DNA of 64,000 bases from Bugula neritina. Lineage: Eukaryota; Animalia; Bryozoa. The DNA is taken from positions 4,992,662 through 5,056,661 of the forward strand of contig OZ037770.1 in the NCBI GenBank assembly GCA_964035545.1, in the 5' to 3' direction. A program made the translations under genes and the position numbers. Below are positions 13,973 through 22,893 of the stretch, one piece after another. The notes under the pieces were generated by a model. That model did not search any database. It saw nothing but the letters and a program-made list of their open reading frames with translations, and was not told where the DNA came from. Numbering within the stretch: the stretch's first letter is position 1; every line of letters starts with the position of its first letter.

Positions 13973-14842
13973 ATGGCCGACGAAGTCGTCGACGCGCCCC
14001 GACAGGAGCCAGCAGCAATGGAGGAGGATCACATAGGCGGCCCAGCGCTGCCTATGGACAGGTACCACTTGCGGGCTCCCACCTTCTCTGGAGAAGAAGA
14101 TGTGGAGCAATTCATCACTGAGTTCAGTGATGTGGCGGACATCTGCGGATGGCCGAACAGGGTTACTCTGATCCAGCTGCGGTTGTGTCTGACAGGGCCG
14201 GCTAAACCCTATGGGATAAGCCAGAATGTCGGTGACATATTTGAAGCAATACGAGCTAGGTTTGGATTAACCGCTCGAGATGCTCGCGTGCAACTGCAGA
14301 GTCTTAGGAGAAATCCTAGGACCAATCTGCGAGAGCACGCTACCGTAGTCGAACGACTGGCACAAGTTGCTTACAGCGACTTGCCTGCCGATGGTCGACA
14401 GAGCCTAGCACTGGATGCATTCCTCCAGTCTATTAACAACCTCGGTCTTAAACAGCATCTGCTGGTGGCCGAAGTTGAGACTATGGAGAGAGCTCTAAGG
14501 CTTGGGAATGCCTATTTCCAAGCCGACAGTGCAAGTCGACCTGGCGCGACAGTACAGCAAGTCGGGGCAGACGACATGTCAACGTCGTCAACGAAGACAG
14601 CTGTACAAGTCGCAGCGGCAGCAGCAGACGAATCTAGCTTAACCACGAGCTTGATTCGAGAACTGCTCGCCGAGTTCAGGCAACTGCGCCAGCAGGCGAC
14701 AGCCGAGAGACCCAAGAGGTCGTCGGTAGCTGTCGCCGACAGGCGCGGCCCCGTATGCTGGGGCTGTGGTAGTGGTGGGCACTTCCTACGAAGTTGCCCC
14801 CGCGGCAGTGGGAGGCGGTTAAACAGCGACGGCCCACGGTAA
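13973..14842 (+). CDS. gag: Gag (capsid-like plus CCHC zinc knuckle)
   Basis: 289-aa ORF after the PBS; CWGCGSGGHFLRSC knuckle. Confidence 0.92.
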   Translation: MADEVVDAPRQEPAAMEEDHIGGPALPMDRYHLRAPTFSGEEDVEQFITEFSDVADICGWPNRVTLIQLRLCLTGPAKPYGISQNVGDIFEAIRARFGLTARDARVQLQSLRRNPRTNLREHATVVERLAQVAYSDLPADGRQSLALDAFLQSINNLGLKQHLLVAEVETMERALRLGNAYFQADSASRPGATVQQVGADDMSTSSTKTAVQVAAAAADESSLTTSLIRELLAEFRQLRQQATAERPKRSSVAVADRRGPVCWGCGSGGHFLRSCPRGSGRRLNSDGPR

Positions 14843-17526
14843 CTTCCGCCTACCGTGGGCCCGAGTTTAACCCCCCAAGGCAAAGGCTACGGCCCCCACC
14901 CCATCGGGTGAGGAGGCCGCCTTCGCCAGAGTGGCAAGTCCCAAGGAGAGTGAGTCGGCCGCAAGGCCCACCAATACCTCCGGCTTGGGCACTCAAAAAC
15001 CGCTTTGAAGGTTTGCTTGATGAGGGAGTGAACGACGAATGGGAGCACAACAGGGATTTTCCTCGGTTGCCCGCACGAGCATCAGTCCGAGAATTCACTC
15101 GGCCGCCCGTGCGTGAGCGAGACCGAGACGTACCCTGCCCGCCCATGCAACGTCGACGACCCCCTCGCAACCGCGAAGCACAGGTGCATCCCCAATTCCA
15201 TGCACATGAGGTGTCGCCTCAAGAGACAAATCGCTCAGTGAGCGCCCAGCCATATGGAAGCAGCTATTTCCTCCCCGGCAAAATTGCTGGTAAAGCTGCC
15301 ACATTCCTGTTGGATACTGGGTGTACCACAAATCTACTGAGTCGACGTCTCTTCGACACTCTCAGTGCCAAGGACAGGGCTAGCCTAGAACCATATGAGG
15401 GGGAGCACGGCACGTTGGCGGACGGGTCGTGTATTCCTTTCTATGGGGTAATCCAGTTGACTGGTAGAGTCCGTGATCAGATGATCAGTGAGACCTTCAT
15501 CGTCAGTCAACTCAAGGAGGATGCCATCTTGGGCATGCCATTTCTGAAGCGACACAGGTGCTACATCGACTTTAGCAAGTTGGCAGTAGTGATGGCGGGG
15601 CGTGAGCTGGCCTGTGTCGACCGATTTGGCCGCCCCTTGGTGGGGGGAGTGCAGGTGGTACAGCGCTGTACTGTACCTGGGCGCTCCCGGGCTACAGTTC
15701 GCTGCAGAGTGAACTGTAGGGAGATCTCCGAGCTCGGAGTGGTGGAAGGTGCACTGGGGGGCGTCCAGCTCGCTAACAGTCTGAATAGACTGGATGAGCG
15801 GAGGGAGTTCCTGGTCCAGTGCGTAAATCCTTTCACGGAGCCGGTAGAATTACCGGCTGGGTCTCTAGTAGGGAAGTTCCACTCCGTGCAAGAGGAGGAT
15901 GTAGGGCCTGCGCTGGAAACAGCGGGCGGTGCCCGGGGAGTACCCACTAGAGACGGCAGGGGGCCGGTGCCTGAACACGTAGCAGAGTTGTACGAGGATG
16001 CCTGTGATGGCTGCGAGAGCAAGCGAGAACGCCTGGAGATGGCGCGGCTACTCTCTGAGTACAAGGATGTGTTCAGTTGCGGCGACCATGACATGGGTCT
16101 GACTGAGACGGTTCGTCATGAGATACCCCTGGCGGCGGGGACGGTGCCGATTCGGCAGCCGACCCGCCGGTTAGGTCCTGAGAAAGAGAGAGAAGTGAGC
16201 CGTCAGGTGCAAGACCTTCTGAACCGGGACCTGATTGAGCCAGGCCATGGGGCCTGGAGTTCTCCAGTCGTCCTGGTTCGGAAAAAGGATGGTAGCTGGA
16301 GGTTTTGCGTTGATTATCGCAGGCTGAACAGCGTGACCATCCAGGACGCTTACCCTCTCCCGAGGATCGATGAGTCGCTCGATGCCTTAGCTGGTAGCAA
16401 GTTCTTCAGCACGTTAGACTTGCTAAGCGGGTATTGGCAGGTGCCCCTGAGTCCTGAAGCACAGGACAAGGCCGCGTTTATAACGCGGGATGGGCTCTGG
16501 AAATGGAAGGTGTTGCCATTCGGACTTACGTCCGCACCAGCCACCTTCCAGCGACTCATGGAGCAGGTCCTGAGTGGACTGCACTGGAAGACCTTGCTCA
16601 TATATCTCGATGATGTCATCGTCATCTCCCCCGACTTCGACACACATGTCAGTCGACTCAGGGAGGTGTTCGACAGACTCCGAGCTGCTAACCTGAAGCT
16701 AAAGCCCTCGAAGTGTGCATTACTGCAACGCGAGGTCAAGTACCTGGGCCATGTAGTTGGTCAAGACGGGGTCGCCACCGACCCCGAGAAGGTACGGGCT
16801 GTGAGGGACTGGGCCGTTCCTGTCGACCTCTCTGAATTGCGGGCGTTCCTGGGGCTGGTAGGGTACTATCGTCAGTACATACCAGGCTTCGCAGGAATTG
16901 CACAGCCGTTGAATCGGCTGACCGCAAAGGGGGTGCGATGGCAGTGGACGCAGGTTGAGCAGAAGGCATTTGACCACCTGAAGGATCGCCTGGTGGAAGC
17001 ACCCATCTTGGCGTATCCTGACCCTGCGAAGGAGTACATTTTGGATACTGATGCCAGTAACCATAATGTGGGGGCTGTGCTGTCGCAGGTCCAAGATGGT
17101 CGCGAGGTGGTGGTGGCTTACTATAGCAAGGCCCTGTCGGCGCCTGAGAAGAACTACTGTACAACCAGGAGGGAACTCTTGGCAGTAGTCAAGGCGGTCA
17201 AACACTTTAGACCATATCTATATGGGCGCACATTCCGGCTTCGGACGGATCATGCGTCCCTGATATGGCTGTGTCGACGGGCAGAACCATCCAGCCAAGT
17301 GGCGCGCTGGCTAGAGATCCTGGCAGAGTTTTCTTATCGGATCGAGCATCGACCCGGTAAGAAACACGGTAATGCAGATGGACTCAGCCGCCGCCAGGCA
17401 GATGGGTGTAAGCAATGCCAGAATATCGAGCGCAGGGACGGTGGACCCCCTCGCTCGGACGTCGAAGCGCAGTTGGGGAAAGCGGGTGTGTACAGCTGGG
17501 AAGAAGGGCAACTCCTGTCCGAATAA
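14794..17526 (+). CDS. pol: Pol: aspartic protease, reverse transcriptase, RNase H (ends at an in-frame TAA)
   Basis: FLLDTGC (protease), RFCVDYRRLN and YLDDV (RT), DTDAS and NADGLSR (RNase H). The listed start is not a real initiation site; expression is probably by frameshift from gag. Confidence 0.93.
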   Translation: MPPRQWEAVKQRRPTVTSAYRGPEFNPPRQRLRPPPHRVRRPPSPEWQVPRRVSRPQGPPIPPAWALKNRFEGLLDEGVNDEWEHNRDFPRLPARASVREFTRPPVRERDRDVPCPPMQRRRPPRNREAQVHPQFHAHEVSPQETNRSVSAQPYGSSYFLPGKIAGKAATFLLDTGCTTNLLSRRLFDTLSAKDRASLEPYEGEHGTLADGSCIPFYGVIQLTGRVRDQMISETFIVSQLKEDAILGMPFLKRHRCYIDFSKLAVVMAGRELACVDRFGRPLVGGVQVVQRCTVPGRSRATVRCRVNCREISELGVVEGALGGVQLANSLNRLDERREFLVQCVNPFTEPVELPAGSLVGKFHSVQEEDVGPALETAGGARGVPTRDGRGPVPEHVAELYEDACDGCESKRERLEMARLLSEYKDVFSCGDHDMGLTETVRHEIPLAAGTVPIRQPTRRLGPEKEREVSRQVQDLLNRDLIEPGHGAWSSPVVLVRKKDGSWRFCVDYRRLNSVTIQDAYPLPRIDESLDALAGSKFFSTLDLLSGYWQVPLSPEAQDKAAFITRDGLWKWKVLPFGLTSAPATFQRLMEQVLSGLHWKTLLIYLDDVIVISPDFDTHVSRLREVFDRLRAANLKLKPSKCALLQREVKYLGHVVGQDGVATDPEKVRAVRDWAVPVDLSELRAFLGLVGYYRQYIPGFAGIAQPLNRLTAKGVRWQWTQVEQKAFDHLKDRLVEAPILAYPDPAKEYILDTDASNHNVGAVLSQVQDGREVVVAYYSKALSAPEKNYCTTRRELLAVVKAVKHFRPYLYGRTFRLRTDHASLIWLCRRAEPSSQVARWLEILAEFSYRIEHRPGKKHGNADGLSRRQADGCKQCQNIERRDGGPPRSDVEAQLGKAGVYSWEEGQLLSE
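14818..14861 (+). promoter_or_regulatory. Putative -1 programmed ribosomal frameshift signal (G_UUA_AAC plus hairpin)
   Basis: Heptamer 14818-14824 is in the correct gag phase; 6-nt spacer; perfect 11-bp stem GGCCCACGGTA/TACCGTGGGCC (14831-14861); pol is in the -1 frame. Confidence 0.8.
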
Positions 17527-19368
17527 CCCAACAAAGCTGTTAACAACCTTCACGCAAACCCCACGTTGCTTCGGAACGTCAGGGAGCTATGTCGGCTCCA
17601 GTCCACGCTACCAGGAGTGGTAGCTGACCTAGTCCGGGCCAAGAAGGAGGGACGGCGGCCGAGTGAGGCCGAACAGCGAGTGAAGAGTACTGAGTTTAAG
17701 TACTTCTGTGACCGCTGGGACTCCCTAAGGTTCAACAGCGATGGGCTGCTAACGATTACGTTGGCAGTCGGCACCAATCGCAGTGAACGAGAGAGGGTAG
17801 TCTGCCCGTCAGCTGTGCGGCGGGAGTTGATCTGGGACACCCATAAGCAAGCTCACGCAGGAGCTAGCCGGGTGATCAGGTGTCTTCAACTCCAGTGGTT
17901 TTGGCCCGGTATGACCCGGGATGTCCAACTCCGGGTGCGGAAGTGCGAGGTGTGCCAAGCTAGCAAGCATGGCCGCCCCACTGAGACCGCAGGGAGGCGT
18001 CGCCTCCATGCCGGTCGTCCGTGGCAGGTGGTTGCTGTCGATCTGGTAGGCCCCATGCCCACTACAGCGAGAGGTAATAACTGGATACTGGTATTAACTG
18101 ACCATTTCACACGGTGGTCTGATGCACTGGCTATTCCAGATGCGTCGGCCCCCTCGGTGGCCAGAGCTCTGGATCAACAGGTGTTCTGCTACTTCGGCTT
18201 GCCGGAGCAGATACACTCTGACCAGGGCGCCCAGTTTCAGTCGCAACTTATGAGCGATCTCTGTAGAACGTGGGGGGTAAACCAGAGTCGGACGACCCCG
18301 TATCACCCGCAAGGGAACGGGGTCGTGGAGCGGAACAACCGAATGCTAGGGGACTCTCTGAGAAGCCTGCTTATCGGTAGGAGCCAGGAAGAGTGGGACT
18401 TGGTGTTGCCGCAGATCATGCGAGCGTACCGTAGTACCCCTCACTCCAGTACACTGGAGACCCCTAATTTTCTCATGCTGGGGAGAGAAACAAGGGTTCC
18501 TGAGCACGTAACCTATCATGTTCCGAATCCAGAGAGCAATGTCCACGACTACGTGGACAAGCTCGTAAAACGCATGGGGACGGCTCACGAGGTGCTACGT
18601 GAGCAGCAGTGGCAGGTCAGGAGTGGTGACTCTGACGACCCACCCTTATACAAGGTGGGGGACTGGGTCTGGATGACCAGTCATCGCCGCAGGCGCGGAC
18701 AGGCAGCCAAGTTGCAGCCGAAGTTCGTAGGTCCCTACTGCGTAATTGAGGTAATGCCAAATCATACATACAAAGTGGAACGGTCTGGACAAGTGTCGGT
18801 CCAGAACGAGGCACGGCTTAAACCTCACTGGGCGAGTCCTGATGCGGCAGGTCAAGCACCTCCTCTCTTAGAGCCAGCTAGGCGCCCTCCTATGAGGGGG
18901 CGACCCATGGCATATCGAGAGATTGAGGAGATACTGCCAGACCAGGACGGGGCGGCTGATGCGCCAGCCGACCAGCCCCAACCTCCTCCACCCCAGGAAG
19001 AGGAGGTCGACACACCTGAAGACCTGTCGGAGCCGGCCCCACCACCTGTGGAGCCGGTCGACAGGCCCATCGTCCCGGATGAGATGGCAATTCCTCAAAA
19101 TCATGAGGAAGAGGCAGCTGGGGGGGGACCACCTGTACTGGTGGACCCCCCCGTACTGGCGACACCACCCGTGGTGGAAGAGTCACCAGTCGTAGCAAAT
19201 TCCCCAGTGCAGTTGGAGCGTAGCCAACGCACTAGGGCGCCTCCATCTTATTTAAAAGATTTCTTGTGTGATGCAGTGGAAAAACATCCATCTGCTATCA
19301 TAAAAGAAATCTGGGGGGACGAGCAATTGAGAGTTGCGTTTCCAAGGTATAAGGAGACGCAATTGTGA
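17527..19368 (+). CDS. Pol continuation: integrase (HHCC, DDE, GPY/F) with Pro/Glu-rich tail
   Basis: Same frame as the upstream pol ORF, separated by one TAA. HKQAH...CEVC; VAVDLVGP, HSDQG, VVERNNR; GPY motif. Confidence 0.9.
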   Translation, partial: PNKAVNNLHANPTLLRNVRELCRLQSTLPGVVADLVRAKKEGRRPSEAEQRVKSTEFKYFCDRWDSLRFNSDGLLTITLAVGTNRSERERVVCPSAVRRELIWDTHKQAHAGASRVIRCLQLQWFWPGMTRDVQLRVRKCEVCQASKHGRPTETAGRRRLHAGRPWQVVAVDLVGPMPTTARGNNWILVLTDHFTRWSDALAIPDASAPSVARALDQQVFCYFGLPEQIHSDQGAQFQSQLMSDLCRTWGVNQSRTTPYHPQGNGVVERNNRMLGDSLRSLLIGRSQEEWDLVLPQIMRAYRSTPHSSTLETPNFLMLGRETRVPEHVTYHVPNPESNVHDYVDKLVKRMGTAHEVLREQQWQVRSGDSDDPPLYKVGDWVWMTSHRRRRGQAAKLQPKFVGPYCVIEVMPNHTYKVERSGQVSVQNEARLKPHWASPDAAGQAPPLLEPARRPPMRGRPMAYREIEEILPDQDGAADAPADQPQPPPPQEEEVDTPEDLSEPAPPPVEPVDRPIVPDEMAIPQNHEEEAAGGGPPVLVDPPVLATPPVVEESPVVANSPVQLERSQRTRAPPSYLKDFLCDAVEKHPSAIIKEIWGDEQLRVAFPRYKETQL

Positions 19369-20065
19369 GTTGCCTACCCCAGTGGTGTGACACGAAACAC
19401 TACCGGGGATAAGAAATGAGCGAAGTCAGCTCGCTAGTGAAAGGGGGTTATACAATCACTTTCACTGCGGAAAGCGTTCTTTTCTGATTCAACTGTCAAC
19501 GTGCACGCATGTACTTGGCAGGCTGGCGCACTACGTAGCCTAAGTGGGCAGCAGACTAAAGTCAGGGCTGTCTTATGGTAAGTCTACTAGTATAATTCTA
19601 TTATTTAAGTAGAATTCAAGCTGGTAGCCTAAATCAGTCTCGCTTTATCATAACGATAAAGTTGATTTCCCAAGTCAGGTGATTCACTGACGACTTGAGT
19701 CGGGCGGTCGACCACATGATTAATTATTAATCAGTGGTTAGTGATTGCGAGACTCAGTCGAGGTGTCGTACTGACAGGTGCAAACCCCTCAACAGTTGTT
19801 GGCATTCTGTTGCAGGTGAGACTGGAATGGCGGGGCCAAATTCCTTCTCATGGCATAGCACAGTCACATTATTCATCTCAACTTTTGGCTAGATGCTGGC
19901 TGCTTGACTTGATTCCTGTAGCAACATGACAGCAGGCTGATGGCTGTCCTAACAGAAGTGCCAGAGACAACTGGCACGTAGCTCTTTCCTCCTCTCCTCT
20001 GGCGATCACGTTCCGGTATAGGCAGAGTAGCTCCTCCCTTTTCTCTCCTGTGGCTACATCCTAAT

Positions 20066-20248
20066 AAGAAGAAGAAGTAATACTAAAGATTCCTGCATGA
20101 AGTTAAAAAGTAAAAATAGAAGTTAAGAAGAAGAAGTAATATTAAAGATTCCTGCATGAAGTTAAAAAGTAAAAATAGAAGTTAAGAAGAAGAAGTAATA
20201 TTAAAGATTCCTGCATGAAGTTAAAAATAGAAATTAAGAAGAAGAAGT
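20066..20248 (+). repeat. About 3 copies of a 59-bp tandem repeat in the Gypsy 3' region
   Basis: AAGAAGAAGAAGT... starts at 20066, 20125, 20184 and (partial) 20236. Confidence 0.9.
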
Positions 20249-20702
20249 CTTCCCCTTCTTCCCTTTGGGAATTCGACGGCGACGAGGTAGACATTGGTAG
20301 TAAAGAGACCAGTCAACCCCCCCCTCCATCTCCCCCCCTTTGGGGAGATTCCTTCCACTCTCTCCCCCCTTTGGGAGAGACTCCTTTGCCACGCTTGATT
20401 CTTCTGGGGACTCATCGTTTCCCCCATCGCTTGGCTTCGACTAGACGAGTGTGAAGCAGTACATCTCCTTCTCACTAAGTTCATGCTACCCTACATCATT
20501 TGGTGAAGAGACCCCCCCCCTACCCTGTGACTGACCCGGATCGATCGTGTACAACATGGACATCGTTTTGAATACATATTTTGTGTTCTCTCATTCCTGG
20601 TGGTTTTGATCTTTTTGTTTTATTTTACCTTTATTCCTTTTGTTATTTTTTTGAGATTATGTGCATCAATTGTAGAGTGTACTTTTCGATAGGTGTGGCG
20701 AG

Positions 20703-21111
20703 TGTGGTAGATTTTAGTGGTGCAAGTATTATGGTATTAATCGAAAAGGTTAACTCTATATTGTTTTATGCATCTTGTGAGTTCGACACTGTCGGAGTGT
20801 AGCTATGGACAGAGTGGCACCACTAGTAGCCACCAATCAGGACAATGACATTAATTGATAGCAGGTGGAGCTAGCTACTCGTAGTGGCAGTGCGCTGAGT
20901 AGCTAGCCGGCAGAGCAACTTGGGACTTCATTTAGAATAGTTGTGTATTAAAGCTCTTTCATTATGTAATCGTTTTTCTATTCATGTCAGCAGTAATAAT
21001 CTTCTTGTATTTGTATAATCAATAAAATATCTTATCGTAAACAACCTGTCGCAGTGGCTTTGATTAAGTAGACCCACAAATAATAATAGTGAACGGGCAA
21101 AATTCACTACA
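20703..21111 (+). repeat. 3' LTR of the Gypsy element
   Basis: Direct repeat of 13509-13917. Confidence 0.97.
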
Positions 21112-21343
21112 ATATTACATTAGTCTGCATGTGTTTATAGTCATGTTATAGTACTTGGTCTATTTATATAAGAGTATGTAATTTGCTGCATGAGTGATGA
21201 TTATTTGATATAGCTGCATGTGTTCAGGGGTAGAATATTGTGTAATATCTCTGTCTTTGAGGAGTTGTTGAATAAAGCTTTAAATTTGTTATCTTATATA
21301 TTATTTTACCTATCTATCACACTGTGCCCTATAATGCCCATGA

Positions 21344-22082
21344 CACACTGCAGTCGAAACTCGACTGTGGCGGCCATTTTGAAGCTGCTCGCGCATACCT
21401 TCAATGTCACGTCCTACTTTTTGCTGGTCACACTACAGTTCACTACGAACGATGAAAGCTAACTGTCTCTAGTCTCGCAGTAAACTTTTAAACCAATAGG
21501 AATGCCATAAATCAAATTCTGCAGTATCCACAGTAACCAACAATCAAATTTAACGCAATTTCTTGAGATTTACTAGCATAATTTAATAAGATTTTCTAGT
21601 TATTTTTATTCTAATTTACTAGCTTCAATTATTCAAAATTACTAGCTTTATTTAATGAAATTACTTAGCTTTATTCAAGCTCATTCACTAGCCTAAAGAA
21701 CTAAATAGTACGCTAATAAAATTCAACCAAATTAGAAAAACTAAATATGCAGATAAAATTCAGCAAAATTTATCTAATGAATACTTATTTTCATGATTTA
21801 TTGAAACTTTCATACATAACTTCATCATAATTATTTTAAAAGTAAAATAATATAATTTTCGAAGAACCAAATCAAATAATAATGCTCGCTAGTAGGGGTT
21901 TACCTGGCCAGTCAGTGATTGGCTGATCGCTCAACTTCAGCGATGACAGTTCGACATGTCGAACTTTCATCGCATCGCTAAAAACTGACAGTTGCGTTCA
22001 GAAATCAGACAGTTGTGACATCACAGAGGTCATCGCTTAGCCTCGAAAACGCGTTCAGGATGGCCGTTTCGACTGTAGTGTG
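21344..22082. mobile_element. Non-autonomous TIR element (MITE-like)
   Basis: Inverted termini CACACTGCAGTCGAAAC / GTTTCGACTGTAGTGTG; no clear TSD. Confidence 0.6.
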
Positions 22083-22189
22083 GCAGCCCCATAACAAGTG
22101 ATTGCAGTATTCTCAAAAGCTCATTATTGAATAAATTCCACTTATAATCAACCCATGTAATGTCTAATAATAAGGTATCATTAGTATTG

Positions 22190-22893
22190 AGTGCCAAATG
22201 GTCGGAAATTTGCTTTTATTGCATTACATAGGCTTATAATAAAGTATCTAACTATATTATTCTCTCTCATATGCTCACAAAACGCTCTCATTGGTCTATA
22301 ATTTGCTCTCATACCCTTATTTTTTGTGCTCTTAGGTCTATTATTTGGACTCATACTGTCATTATTCATTTCCATACCCTTATTTATCTTCCTTTTATGC
22401 TCATTCACTGCGTTTCCATTATCGCATTATGCGAATGGATTTTTTCATCCAGCTAATGGAAACAGTTACATCGGATGAAACCGCAACTATAAGGTAATGC
22501 AAACCACAAACCACAAATAATCCGTACGAAGCATTCATTCGCATTATGCGCAGTCATGGAAACGCAGTGATTATCCTGTCCCATACCTCCATTATGCACT
22601 CTCATGCCCTTCTTATTTGCTCTGTTATAGACATTATTCATTCTTCTTATGCTTATTATTCTCTCTTACACCTCTATTACTGTCTTGCTTTTGCGCCTGA
22701 TTCTGACTCACTAGTATTTGTGTACACTTCAAAATAGTTGAGTGTATGCCAGGCTATTTGGGTCACACTACTAAGCTCCACCCTGTATATCAAATCTGAT
22801 TGAATAACTGCAATGACACTAAGAATAATAATAAATGCTGGGTGGGTGCTTAGGTTTAATTAGCCATTCTTCATTTATATGTATCAGTCTAGG
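22190..22893 (-). repeat. Dispersed repeat (inverted copy of ~24893-25437; partial copy ~27473-27840) with internal ~21-bp periodicity
   Basis: Reverse-complement match to 24893-25437; carries a nested 164-bp MITE. Confidence 0.8.
22406..22569. mobile_element. 164-bp MITE with 3-bp TSD
   Basis: TIR CACTGCGTTTCCAT / ATGGAAACGCAGTG, ATT on both sides; absent from the other copies of the host repeat. Confidence 0.8.

Larger units (their letters stand above)
13509..21111 (+). mobile_element. Full-length Ty3/Gypsy LTR retrotransposon, very recent insertion
   Basis: 409-bp LTRs 13509-13917 and 20703-21111 (TGT...ACA, identical by eye); 4-bp TSD ATAT (13505-13508 and 21112-21115); PBS directly after the 5' LTR; purine-rich tract AGGTGTGGCGAG before the 3' LTR; gag then PR-RT-RH-IN. 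Confidence 0.97.

Noticed and set aside
14512-19198. Many antisense and alternative-frame ORFs over gag-pol
   Set aside because: Expected shadow ORFs in GC-rich coding sequence; no recognisable motifs.
19369-20702. env gene in the young Gypsy element
   Set aside because: No long ORF, signal peptide or transmembrane segment downstream of pol.
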